From Amoebophrya sp. A120 (Eukaryota > Protista > Dinoflagellata): a stretch of 64,000 bases of DNA. Shown here one piece after another: positions 36,401-49,300 of the stretch; positions within the stretch are counted from its first letter, which is position 1; each line of letters begins with the position of its first letter. The translations under genes and the position numbers were made by a program. The notes beneath the pieces are model-generated. The model worked only from the letters and a program-made list of their open reading frames with translations, had not been told where the DNA came from and ran no database searches. Location: contig CAJINV010000012.1 of NCBI GenBank assembly GCA_905178155.1, forward strand, positions 3,467,144 to 3,531,143, written 5' to 3'.

Positions 36401-38761
36401 CTGGAGCAGAAAGCGAAGGAGGCATTGCAGCTGATCGAGAACCGCAAACGAAAGATCATCGAGGTATGCGAGTGCCAGGATCGAAATCGACAAAATCGAA
36501 AAAATTGTAAATGCGTATAAATGTAGGGCACGCATGGCCTGCGTTGGGGAGCACGAGCAGGCAAATGAGACCGACATCTGTACTTAGTCATGCGTCACTT
36601 GGAAGTTGGAACAAACTGAGGCTCCAACTGGTATCGGTTTTATGCGTCGCAAATTATTTCGATTTTGTTGATTTCGATTTTGGCACTCGGATACGAGGGC
36701 GAGTTCGGTCTCGCCTTTCGGTTTGTGGAGTTCGCCGTGGAGTTGTTAAATGACAAACTGTATGCTGTGCAAAAGTATCGTACTCGTAGTAATGGCAGAT
36801 ATGCATGACAAATCTTCCTCCTAAAGTAAAAGAGCATTACAAATCCCACTTTTCTCCTTGCCAAAACTTGTAATGCAATTTATACCAGTGCGTTCTTACT
36901 TTTGCAATGCATAAACTGGATCCGTTTTACCACAGAACCACACCGCTCTTTGACCAGGATTATAACCAGGATAACGAACCGGCGGGACGAACATTAAAGG
37001 ACTCCGACGAGTTCTCGCATTTGCACTATGCGGCCTTCAAGGAGTATGAAGAAATTGTCGAAACTGAACTACGGCAGTTTATTCTGGAGAAGGAACAATT
37101 CCCCTCGGTGGAAGCGTTTTTCGTCAACTTGCAGGACTTGATCGCGAAAGACGAGAAAAATCAGATCGACAATCGGTTGATTCAGGAAAACGAGCTGTTA
37201 GCGGAAGACCAGCTGCTATGGAGAGAAAAAAGTTTGTCACAGTCACTAACTTGCAGGCTTTGCATTACAAATTTTCTCAGCATCACAACTTTCCTCTGTA
37301 TTGCAGAAACACTAGGGAAATCCCTAATAAAGTTTGGCTGTGATGCATTTTTACGCATGACAGAAAATTTTGTATTGCAAGAATGCGCATGAGTGATCGT
37401 GACGAACTTTTTTTGTTTGATAGCTGCGGAGATTTGGGTCGGTGCAGGACTTGATCTCGGGGGTCTTATATCCTGTGCAAAAGTTGTACTATCGTACTCG
37501 TAGTAATTGCATTTATGCAATACAAATCTCGGAGTCTCAAGGTAAAACAGCATTACAAATTCCATTTCCAAGAATGCTGGGCTAATTTGTAATGCAATTC
37601 ATACTAGAAGTGCGTTAGCGTTACTTTTGCAATGCATATCTTAGACCAAGTGGAGTTCAACTTTTTCGCGGAGATGATGCGGTTTCGGGCCCAACAGGAG
37701 AAAGTGTTTGGACTGTTCTTCCGAAGCGAGGATTTGGTTGGTAAAGATGAACTAGTACAGCCGACGACTAGTGCTAGTACTTCTGCAGGAGGAGCCACTC
37801 CGGGGACCAACTCTTCAAGTAGTCGGGGACCAACATCTACTTCATCAATCCCCGAGCCCGAGCCGATTCCGGGCAGTGCGAATTTGTCACCGGCCGGCAG
37901 CGTGGTCGCTGGTCCCTCTTCTACTTCTGCTTCGCTTTCAGCATCAAGTTACTTGCAAATGACGTTGCTTGTGCCGGAAAATTGCCTTGGCGGCTCCACG
38001 GTGGCGTTTGAAACGCCCGACGGGCAGAACCTCACCGCAGTGGTTCCCGAAGGATTGCAGCCCGGTGCTGCATTCACGGTAGAGTACCAACCGCTTCAGA
38101 TGATGGTGATGACCTCTACGACCCCCGGTGCAGCAGCTCCTACTTCAGTTCTTGGAGACCACGATGCTGCAAGAACAAGCACAACAACCTTCACAGTGCA
38201 GGTGCCGGAAAATTGTGGCCCGGGAACGGTGCTGCTCGTAACCGCTATGGATTGCAAAAATGTCTGGGTTGTCTGGAAGGATGCAACTTGTGATGCTGCA
38301 TTTGGATTCTACAAAAATCTGCATTACATGAACAGCAAAAGAGGTCCAGTTTTTACGACGGCGAGAGGGCATTTCTCATGCGGTATAGGCATCAGGTTCA
38401 GGGAGCCCTGATAAAATCTGCGATGCTACTAGGGCATGCATCACAGACATCAGGGGTCATGCCAAAGCTGCATCACAAATCTCTGCATCCTTCCAGACCC
38501 AGACACTTTTGCATTTGATAACCGCGCCGAGCGGACAACAGGTGAATGTCGAGGTGCCGGCTGGGGTTTATCCTGTGCAAAAGTATCGTAGTCGTACTAA
38601 TTCATTGCAGTATATGCATGACAAATCTTCTTTTCAAAGTAAGACAGCATGACAAATTCCATTTCTCATGCTGAGCAAATTTGTAATGCAATTTGTACTA
38701 GTACGATACTTTTGCAGTTCATAGGGTTGTGTCGGGGATGAATTTCGAGGTGAGTATGTAG
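33452..38761 (+). CDS. Protein with two tandem BART (ARL2BP/CFAP36-like) domains and two C-terminal VPxG-type beta repeats; 15 introner introns
   Basis: Spliced repeats RFCQFAMNLVNRELEPLF..EQYSCYQKYIEVLEQKLTEF..VLNMTEYSFFSQLM and RFVEFAVELLNDKLDPFY..HYAAFKEYEEIVETELRQF..VLDQVEFNFFAEMM; ends VPAGVVSGMNFEVSM*. Confidence 0.8.
33687..34037. mobile_element. Introner family B (degenerate, expanded)
   Basis: TSD gcagt/gcagt. Confidence 0.9.
34087..34348. mobile_element. Introner family B
   Basis: TSD agctc/agctc. Confidence 0.92.
34382..34592. mobile_element. Introner family H (strongly decayed TIR)
   Basis: TAT..ATA ends, residual TTCCGCGC/GCGCGGAA; TSD gaatt/gaatt; frame restored. Confidence 0.8.
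34632..35036. mobile_element. Introner family A carrying a nested retroposon
   Basis: TSD gcgga/gcgga; colinear with 43465-43614 apart from the insert. Confidence 0.92.
34699..34946 (+). mobile_element. SINE-like or 5'-truncated non-LTR retroposon
   Basis: 14-bp TSD CAAGACAAAAGTAG (34685-34698 and 34947-34960); 3' (ACTTC)n tail. Confidence 0.8.
35096..35363. mobile_element. Introner family B
   Basis: TSD tcgcg/tcgcg. Confidence 0.92.
35419..35568. mobile_element. Introner family A
   Basis: TSD ccagt/ccagt. Confidence 0.92.
35619..35824. mobile_element. Introner family G
   Basis: TSD tgctt/tgctt. Confidence 0.92.
35838..36059. mobile_element. Introner family I (TIR TATGA.AGT.C.CA.CTCCCCCT)
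   Basis: TSD ctggt/ctgct; frame restored. Confidence 0.85.
36144..36291. mobile_element. Introner family A
   Basis: TSD gatgc/ggtgc. Confidence 0.9.
36465..36693. mobile_element. Introner family E-related (TIR TATSCGAGTGCCA..ATCGAAATC.ACAAAATCGAAA)
   Basis: TSD cgagg/cgagg; also readable as a GT-AG intron. Confidence 0.9.
36761..36913. mobile_element. Introner family A
   Basis: TSD aactg/aactg. Confidence 0.92.
37217..37422. mobile_element. Introner family G, inverted relative to 26222 and 35619
   Basis: TSD gctgc/gctgc; close to the reverse complement of 35619-35824. Confidence 0.93.
37469..37638. mobile_element. Introner family A
   Basis: TSD tctta/tctta. Confidence 0.9.
38246..38520. 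mobile_element. Introner family B
   Basis: TSD accgc/accgc. Confidence 0.92.
38569..38723. mobile_element. Introner family A
   Basis: TSD gggtt/gggtt. Confidence 0.92.
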
Positions 38762-40325
38762 AGAAATACTAAGTTGTGGAGTAAATAAGCTCGTCCTGCT
38801 GGAGCTGCTGCTGTACCTCTACCTGGAGGTTTATCTGGAGTTCGTCTATCAACGAAGAGATGGTGGTCGTGAAGCCTACCTCGTCTTCTCTGACAATAAA
38901 CCACACGAGCATGTTAACCGAGGTTGTTTGTACTTGTTTTCCAAGAAAAAATCTCGAAACTCGACCTGTATTGTACATGTACAACGAACATCAAACCACG
39001 TCAGCCGAATTTTTTTTCAACAGCAAATAGAAGAAGTACAACTGGGAAGATTTCTAGGCTTCCTCACCTGTAAATATATTACGCAAACTTCTAGAAGTAG
39101 AATGAATACAGAATCACACGACGACAGCATGTGCATGCGAGAGGACAAAGATCCGAGATCAGAAGCACAAACATAGGGCGTTGAAAAAGCGTAGGGTCCG
39201 CACCTCCAGCATTTCCTGGGATGTAGCAGCGGAAAACACTTTTTGGATTTTATAATATCATTGCAAAGACGAGTGGATTTATAAAAAAAACTTTCGCGCA
39301 TGGTCCTTTTCCTACAACACACTGCGCACCAACCAAACCGGATTTTTTGAATCATTTCAATAAAACATGAACACTATTCAAATTCTCGCGCTCCTAGATC
39401 CTATTTATTGGGCAGACAAATTTTCACGTAATAAAAAAAGACAAAAGGCACCAGCTTAGGCGGGTATTATTTCGCTTGCTCCGCGGGGAAACCCTGGTGC
39501 ATTTTTCGACATCTGCGATGTAAATTGTAATATATAAACTGAATAAGAAATAATTCTGAGGCAATAATGCGTCGCCATCTTCAACATCAACACGTTCTTG
39601 GCGTGACCTGCTATCCCTAACGACGTCCAGGAGATCTTCAGACTTGGTCGCAGGTACCCTGTGTATCAGGATCAAAAGCGGCCGCTCAGTCAGGGAACTA
39701 CACAGTCGATGGTAAACCGAAAGATCTTCGATGCCATGAACATGAAAATGATCACAGCATCAGTCGTTCCTGCTGTTTCATCCTTCTCTTTCGGTCGTCG
39801 GGTCTTGTGTCATGGTAAGTACTATACCTTTACATCTTCTAACTTTTGACTACAGCGACACCAAAACAAACACATTCGAGGTGAGATTGTTTTTAGTTAG
39901 TGGTTTAAGTTTAACTTCGTTCATCTAAGAGTATGACTCCCCACGAGCACGTCGACTTCATCGTTTGGAGAGATGAACATATGTGATCATCATCATCGTC
40001 TGACCTCAATCCCCGCACGATTGAGACTGATATGTTGTTCTGATACAAACAAAATATGATTGGAAGACCAAAGATCGATCATGTTGGCCAACAAGTACTC
40101 TGCTCGAGGACCACGGGGTGACAACATTTTTCCCACGACAAAATTCCAACCTCCACAGGGGTACTTCTATAAGCAGTCGGAGCAGTAGTTACTAAACACA
40201 ACACGACCTTCAACATCTTCGCTCTCCTGACAGTATACCTGGCAGGGGGAGAAGCGAAGAACTGTCGAGCAGCAAGACAAGACATTATACCAATAGGACC
40301 CTGACCACATCCGGAACGTCGCAAG

Positions 40326-43300
40326 ATGCTTTCCGACGACGGGGGCCAACAAAAGCTCTACCTGTTGGAGCAGGCAATCGTGCTCCTTTTCGGGCCGCAC
40401 ACGCCCCAGCGACAAGAAGCCGAGAACTTCGTGAACACGTATGCACTGCAGCAAAAGTTGTATCGTCCTAGTAGTGAACTGCCCTTATTAGAACAAATTT
40501 GCTCAGCATGAAGATGACAACTGGAAGCGGCCGTAATGTTGTTTTAGGTTAGGAAGGCAATTTGTCATCCATATTATCTGCAATTAGAAGTATAGCACGG
40601 GTGCGATATTACAACTTTTGCACAGGATAACACGCACCACTTAGCTACTTTCACAAGTCTTTTCGAGCAAACGAAATCGGAGCAGATTCAGTACTATCAA
40701 ATGCAAAAATGTCTGGGTCTGGAAACTTGTGATGCTGAATTGCGCATGATTGAAGCGCTTCCAATGGCAGCCAAGCATGACAAGTTTTTGAGAGGCCTGC
40801 TGAAGCTGATGCCTAGCACGCATTACAAATTGTGCTATTGCATGACAAAGAAAGCTTCTCTTTTGCTGCTTATGCAACACAGATTTTCCAGGAATGCATG
40901 ACACGCACTACAAGTTCCACTTTTTCAGACCCAGACATTTTTACATTTGATAAGTACTACTGCCTCATGCGGCTGGACCAGAACGTGGAGCAGTCGGTGG
41001 AGCTACGAAGGGATGTGATCGTGCCGTTTATTCTAACCCAGTGCTGTTCGGAGAAGTTCGATTTGAGTCTGTTATGAAATGCAAAAGTATCGTACTCGTT
41101 GTATAAATGCATGACAACTTCCCTGCTCAGCATGAGAAATAAAATTTGCAATGCGGATTTGACTTGAGAAAGAAATTTGTAATGCATGATCGCAATTACT
41201 ACGAGGACGATACTTTTGCACAGGATATCTGTCCAAAGCGAACAAGAACAAATTGTCCTTCATCTACTACTATCAGATGCAAAAGTGTCTGGGTCCTCTG
41301 GAAGACTGCAACTTGTGATGCTGCGTTTGGATTCCAAAAAATTCTGTATTGCATGAGCAGCAAAGGGAATGCGATTTCTGCTACGCGGAGAGGGCATTTG
41401 CCATGCGGAATAGGCATCAAGATGCCCTCAAAAATCTGTGATGCTAGGGCACGCATCACAGACGAGACATCATGGCTCATGCTGCAAAACGTGCATCACA
41501 AGGCTGAGAAAAATCTTCCAGACCCAGACACTTTTGTAATCCATAACTACAAATGCGTTGTGCTGGACTACTGCCACGACGATCATGGAGGACACGTACA
41601 AAACCAGCATCAGCGCGAGATTTATTTCTGGGCAACGGCCTTCTCCGACATTTTCGACCACTCTGTTTGCAGAGTGGCCATACAGGAAGCGGAGTGCCAG
41701 GATCGACAGCGGGTGGAGATGTTGAAAGCTAATGCAGTACTGAAGATGTCCTCTGGCAGCTCAGGAGGTGGCGGCAGCACTAGTTCCTCCTCAACATCCG
41801 CGGTCGCAAACAACATTACCGCTCCTAGTTCCCTGGCATCTTTAGCCTCCTCTCACTCCACCGCGGACGCGGTAAAGTACCGGTTGGTGGAGTTAATGAA
41901 CCGCGTGTTGTTCGAGTTATCCGAGAACCTTCTCTGCGAAGACGCGGCCTTCCGGTTGGACACTATGGATTGCAAAAATGTCTGGGTCTGGAAGGTTGCA
42001 ACTTGTCATGCTGTTTTTGGACTCTAAAAAAATTTGTATTGCTTGACCAGCAAGAGGAGCCCAGACTGTGCTACGCGGAGAGGGCATTTGTCATGCGGAA
42101 TAGGCATCAGGAAGCCTTCCAAAAATCTGTGATGCTAAATCATACACTACAGGCATCATGGGTCATGCAAAATATGCATGACAAACCTGGCACTCTTCCA
42201 GACCCAGACAGTTTTGCACTTGATAGACACGGCGGAAAAGCGAAATCGAGCGAGTGTCTGCAAGGAACGGATCAAGCAGAAGGAGTGGGATTTCTTTGTC
42301 AACATCTGGATGAATGTGCTGGGAAAGCTATCGAAAGGAAAAATCCCCCCTCCCCATATCGAAAACGAAATTTGTGATGCTGTATTTGAGGTCACAAATC
42401 GACTCGTCATGCTAGAAGGCCAAGAGCCGCAGTCGTGGCCTCGTTTGCAGGCAATTTGTCATGCTGTTTCCCACTCTCAGCTGCCTCCTATCATGCTGAA
42501 GATGCAAGGCTTCCCCACGCCACCCAGCACTGCAGTCCGCATCTTTTCCCGTGTAGCATGACAAAGCTGATTTGTGACAACAAATCTGCATCACAGATTT
42601 CCGTTTTGATATGGGGAGGGGGGATTTTTCCTTTTGAGAAAAGCCGTTGGTGGAAAGTAGCTCGAGCAGTAGTTGCACAACTAGTTCAACGTCGACCCAA
42701 AACAGCAGTACAACAAACTCTTCTGCAACAAATTCAAATCATCAACCACTGCTGTACCAGTTTGGTGGTCACCAGCACCGCGCTGCTGACCACCAGCAGC
42801 AGGAGTATCAGGTAATCGCGGCCAACAACGCAATATGAACTGCAAAAGTATCGTACTCGTATAAATGCATCGAATTTTCTCAGCATGCGAAATGAAATTT
42901 CAATTTGTCATGCTGATTTACTTTAAGAAAAAAATTTGTAATGTTGCAAGACCTGCATTTATACGAATGCGATACTTTTGCACAGGATACGCAAGACTGC
43001 TGAATCTGCAGTCGGACTGTCTCCTGGCGATGAAGGAATTCATTCCCTGGGTTGAGTATCAAAAGGAAAAATCCCCCCTCCCCATATCAAAACGAAATTT
43101 CTGATGCTGGATTTGGATACACAAATCAAATTTGTGTTGCAGTAGAGGAAGGCACGCAGATCCTGAGCCTAGGCGGGGGCCTTTTGTTGTAGGCGCCTAG
43201 CATGGTAGACGGCTACCCTGTAGGCCTTACAGCGTTACAAATCGCCGGCATAACCACGTGGCGGGCAGCCTGAGCGTGCCTTCTTGCAAGACAGACCCGG

Positions 43301-46300
43301 CCTGTGGTCAAAAATCAGCAACACAAATTAGCGGAGGCATACCTTTTCGATATGGGGAGGGGGGATTTTTTCTTTTCATATTGAGGCGGTCAAGGTTTGG
43401 AACCAAACCACGATCCAAACGCTGCAGAGGCTCATGCTGTCCGCTATTGAGCGGAGGAAAAAAATATGAATTGCAAAAGTATCGTACTAGGCTAAATTGC
43501 ATGACAAATTCGCTCAGCAAGACAAAAGTAATTTGTAATGCTGTTTTACCTTGAGAATAACATTTGTCATGCATATTTGCAATTGGTACGAGTGCGATAC
43601 TTTTGCACAGGATAAAAAAACGAAGAGCAGTCGCTGAGACTGTCCGACGCTTCTGTTTCCACCTGTGTATCAAATGTAAAAATGTCTGGGTCTGGAACAA
43701 GAATGCAAGATTTGCGATGCAGTTTTTCCATGACCCATGAGGCCTGGAATGCAGCGCCTAGCATGACAAACGCCGTGAGGTGTCTACCATGCTTATCCTG
43801 CATGAGAAACTCCCTGTCAAACAGGTCAAAAGTGGACATCTTTTGGTAATCATGCAACACAAGTTTTTGCATGCTTCAGATTCAGCATCACAAGTTGCAT
43901 TCTTCCAGACCCAGACACTTTTGCACTTGATATTGTGGAAGCGAGAACAACCCGGGGTTCCCGCACTCCGGGAACCAAACCACTTCCCTTATGCCAGCCT
44001 CAGAATGGAAATCCTCAAAGTGGAAATGATTTGTAATGCAAAAAAACGACTCCAGTTGAAGCGCCATTTCTAGTCGGCGCATGACAAATTTACCGGGCAC
44101 TCAAAGCATGTCTGTCATGCTAGTTAGGGCAAAAGGGTGCCCTTCTCTCGTGCTGATCAGCAACACAGTTCTGAACCCGGAGAAGCACAATAGCCGGCCT
44201 CCATTGCGTCCTCTGCAATGCAGTTTTTTTGGTGTCGCATTTCATGCATCACAAATTATTTCCACTTTGAGAATTTCCATTCTGAGGCTTTCATATCCCT
44301 GTTCCCCGTCTGCTGCGACGTGTTCGACGCGCTGTTGAAACGGAAGTTCTCGTCGGAGAACCAGATCGACAAGTTGAAAGCGTTGTCCGTTTTTCGCATC
44401 ACCGAGTTCTTTTTGGAGCAGCTGGCGGACAGCGATCTGGTGCCAACAGTTGGTGGAATATCAAACACTTCTAGCGATGTTGGTGCCAACATGACAGGTA
44501 ATCAACAGCTCGGTGTGATTTATTCCGCCGCGAACTCCACAGCGACGACGCCAAATGTGGTGGCGAGCAGCGAAACCGCCGGGATGATCATGAACGGCAG
44601 CCAGCAAGAACACGGGATGCACCACCTCCGTTTGATCCAGAGCCAAAACCCTTTCGAGGAAGACAGCGATTTGTGGCTGGATATGAATTGCAAAGGCATT
44701 GTACTATTATGAATTGCATTACAAAGTTCCTTGGCATGAGAAATGGAATTTGTAATGCTGATTGACCTTAGGAAAAAGTCTTGTAATGCATGACTGCAAT
44801 TACTACGAGTGCGATGCTTGTTTTGCACTGGATACTGGAGAAAAAAGTCGAAGTCGTCGACTCTTTAGCGGAAGCGGTGCTGGAAATTATTACAATGAAA
44901 AATGCCCCCTCCCCATATCAAAACGGAAATCTGTGATGCAGATTTGTGGTCACAAATCTGCTTTGTGATGCTAGAAGGCAAAAGATGAGGACTGTAGCGC
45001 TGCCTAGCGTGGGAAAGCCTTGCAGCTCCAGGATGACAGGATGCAACTGGAAGTGGGAAACAGCATGACAGATTGCCTGCAATTTAGGCCGCAGCTTCGT
45101 CTCTTGGCCTTCTAGCAATACAAGTCGACTTGTGTATTCAAATACAGCATCACAAATTCGCGCATCTTCCGTTTCCGATATGGGGTTGGGGCTTTTTTCA
45201 CTTTGATAGAAATCTACGTGAATTTACGGAAAAAACTGGGCACGTACAACACGAACGTTGTGGAGAATAAACACAAGGCGTCGAAGAAATCGAAACCCAG
45301 CACTTCCGCGAAGATGCACCCCAATAATTCGGAGCAAAATCTCAGCCAGCAGCTGCGGGAGAGGGACAGAGCCAATAATAATGACATTAATTTACAGCAT
45401 CTACTCGACGCGGAAGGCGAGGCGTTGCGGCTACTTGGGGTGTTGCTGCCCCAGATCAGCAATTATTTCGCGCACCCAAGGTTTGCGATTGCCAACTCGG
45501 TGGAGGTATCAAATGTAAAAGTGTCTGGGTCCTCTGGAAGAATGCCAGACTTGTCATGCAGGTTTTCCATGACTCATGAAGTCTGGTATCGAGGACATAG
45601 CATGACAGATTCTGTGAGAGTTCTATCGTGCCTATCCTGCATGAGAAACTGCCGCTCGATTAGGTCAAAAGTGGGCAGCTTTTGGCAATCATGCAACACA
45701 GATTTTTACATGATTCAGATTTAGCATGACAAGCTGCTTTGTTCCAGACCCAGACACTTTTGCATTCCATAGGAGGAGTTTCTGTCTGAGTTTTTCCGCG
45801 AGGTGGAGCATTTGATCGTTCCAGAAATAAACTACGCACAGAATGCTGGTGATCATCTTCCCCAAGGTGCTGGACCTCAACAAAGCAGTAGTAGTAGTTC
45901 TACCACAACAGCAGGCCAGCAACCACCACCAGCTCGTCGCAGTGGACCTCTTATCAAGTGCAAATATGTCTGGGTCTGCAAACTTGTAATGCTGAATGGT
46001 CATGATTGACTGCGTTTTTAAGTGCAGAAGTGCAGCATGACAAATTTTTCAAACGGTTTCTCATGCGCAGAACGCATTACGAAGTCCGCTTTGGTATGAC
46101 GAAAGTGTGGCACTTTGTGCGCTGCTTATGCAATACAGATTTTTTAGATATGCGAAACGCGCGATACAACAGTTTCAACCTTTGTCATTGTCCAGACACA
46201 GAGATATTTGCGGTTGATCCCTCTGTTCACCAGACAACTCCTGCGACCGGTGTTCGAGTCGCTGCTGTCCTCGTTTGTCATGCGCATGGCGCTATGCATT

Positions 46301-49300
46301 GCAAAAGTATCGTACTCGTATAAATGCATTACAAATTTGCTCAGCATGAGAAATGAAATTTGTAATGCGGATGTACTTTATGAGAAAGATCTGTAATGCA
46401 TGACTCCATGACTCCAATTACTACGAGTGCGATACTTTTGCACAGGATAGGGGCTGCCGAGCTGGTTTTCGGTCCACGACGAAGACGATAAGGACCACGT
46501 GGAATTTCTGGAGTACCAGAAACACTTGAAGAACTATCTGAAAGTTCTGTTAAAGGTTGACGAATATGCATTGCAAAAGTATCGTACTAGTATGAATTGC
46601 ATATACAAATTTGCTCAACCTGACTAAATTACCGATAGAAACCGGATTTGTCTTGCTAGTCTGGCATTTATAGTACGAGTACGACGCTTTTGCATTGCAT
46701 AGCGAACAGATTGTGTTTCGCTGGATCCAGCAGGAATGCGAAAATGTGGGCACGAAATACCTCCAGCACTTGATCTATTTTAGTACTTCGAATGCAGCTG
46801 GCGGAACGCCGACACCAGCAGCCACTCTGCATCAACAGCAGCCCCTCCCGGCGGCATTGCTAGTCGCGCCACACCATCCGGAGGCTGCGACGAATGTGTT
46901 CTGTGGGGCGGGGGGTCGTGGTGAATACAACAGCATCGGCGGGATGATTTCTTCTTACCAACAACTGCAATACCTCACCGACCCGTCTGTGCTGTTGGTC
47001 TCCTCCTGTGCTGCAGTAGCTGCCACGACGGCTAACAAGTCTAAAGACCACGCTATGATCAATCAGTACGAAGCCTCGCCGAGTTACCTCCGCGCCCGGC
47101 AGAAGGAATTTCGACAAAGAGCGAATTACGACTGCGTTCCGGCACACGTGGTGAGTTTCTGTGTGTGGCTCGAGACCCTCGCAGATTTGCGGGCAAAGGA
47201 GATACCGACGTATCAGACAAGCCACCCGCTGGTGCAAGTGGTAACGTACCTCTTCTCAGAGCAGTTTCTGCAGAAATTGCCCAATGGAAGTTGTACTAGC
47301 GAAATAAATTTCGTCTCGACGTCGCGGTCACACTCAGCAGGTGTAGAGAACAACGCTGTTGTCCACGCCGATAATAATCACGACCAGATCCGATCCTCCA
47401 GCGAACGAGGCGGGTCAGCGTCTTCGTCCTCTTCCTACGCGAAACTCCTTGACCAAGTGAAGCTGGCGATTTCAGATTTGATATGAAGTGCAAAAGTATC
47501 GTACTCGTATAAATGCATGACAAATTTCCTTAGCATGAGAAACAAAATTTGCAATGCGGATTTGCCTTGAGAAAAAAACTTGTAATGCATGATTGCAATT
47601 ACTACGAGTACGATACTTTTGCACAGGATATTTGATCGTGAAGTACAAAGTCATCGTGGAGAAAGACAACGGTAATAGTACCGGTAAGAGTCTGTTGAAT
47701 ATGCATTGCAAATATGTCTGGGTCTGGGAGGATCCAAACTTGTCATGCTTCTATTTTTGGACTCTCAAAAATTTGTGTTGCATGAGCAGCAATAGCAATA
47801 GGAGTCCAGAAATTCCCCGTCCAAGTCTTGGACGGGGCATTTCTCATGCAGGATAGGCATCAAGAAGCACTCGGAAGATGCTAGGACATACATCACAGAC
47901 GTCATGGGTGATGTAAGGCGTGCATGACAAATCTTCCAGTCTTCCAGACCCAGACATATTTGCAGTTGATATTGAAGAACGTGCTGCAATTTTTCGTCGA
48001 GAACCTCCAGAATCTGCGGATCCGGAAACGTGTGGCCTACAACTTCAACAAATTCGTGAAGAAAATCCGGTCCAGTCTCTCCACCGCGAGCCCGACCGCG
48101 GGTTTGTCGATAGAGATGGTGAACCACATTGCGTCCGCGAAATTGCTTCAAGTGCCGTTGGAGGTGGTCACCGACGACGCGGACGACTCGCAGGAGAACA
48201 TCTTCGAGGCGTTGGGCGTGGTGACATGCGGCGTGGACGGAAAGTTCACCCGGGATTTTTTCCAAAAAATCCTCTCGGTACCAGTCCAGCAGCTGCAGGA
48301 ACTAGTGATTTCGGAGAAGTTTGGCGGCAACGAACAGCAATTTTTCACCGCGTTACGGGATCGACATTTGGACTCCCCGTCGAAACTAGGATTGTCCCAG
48401 ATCCAGCTCGATCCGGTCACCGCGGCGCACCAATTGGAACCCTTGCTCGGCAGTTACTGCTGCAGACTCTTTTCCTGCTTGTCTACCTTTTCCAAACCGT
48501 TCACCCAACTCCGACCGGATCTGGTCGCGGAATGGAGAGAACTCCTGGTTTTAATATCCAAGAAAAAAACATTGTAGGTGTAACTTTTTTGGAGGAACAG
48601 CATCACAAATTTGTCTGGCATGACAGCAAAAACCTGTCATGCGCAGATAGCACGTGAAAACGCCCTTTAATGGATCTTACGATGCATGCCAAGCATGACA
48701 GACGCCATCATCTTGCATGTTGCGCATCACAAATTTACATATAACAGCGTTTTTTTCTTGGATATTTAACCGAGAAAGTGCACTCCCAGTTCGAGGCGGC
48801 GCACAAACCCGAGGTAAAGTCCGCCTTTCGGGTCTTTCTGCGGCAGATGATGCGGGTCCTGGACGCGCAGACCCTGTTCGAAGCTCTGTCGGTACTATTG
48901 CCGAAAATGTACGGCGTGGAGTTGAAACGGCTGGGCAATGTGGAAGAGGGAATCAGAAATAGTTGTCAGAGTGGTGGTGGACGAGGAGGTTCTTCATCTG
49001 CAAGCAGCTCTTCGTTCAACAGCGCAACGAATCAAAATCATAATCAGGCCCCACAACAGCAGCAGGGTGGGCCTCTAATGATCGATAGCAGGAACAGAGA
49101 AGCCATATCGGACTTTACGAGCTGCAAAAGTATCGTACTCGTAGTGATTGCTGCTATGCATGACAAATCTCTTTCCTAAGGTAAAACAGCATTACAAATT
49201 TCAATTGTAATGCTGAGCTAATTTGTGATGCAATTTGTGCTAGTACGATGCTTTTGCATTCGATAGACTTCATGGCGACGCAATTTGATGACATCCGCGA

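Noticed and set aside
10587-38761. INPP5E-like and BART genes as a ciliary-trafficking gene cluster
   Set aside because: They are 18 kb apart with unrelated genes between them; two genes are not enough evidence
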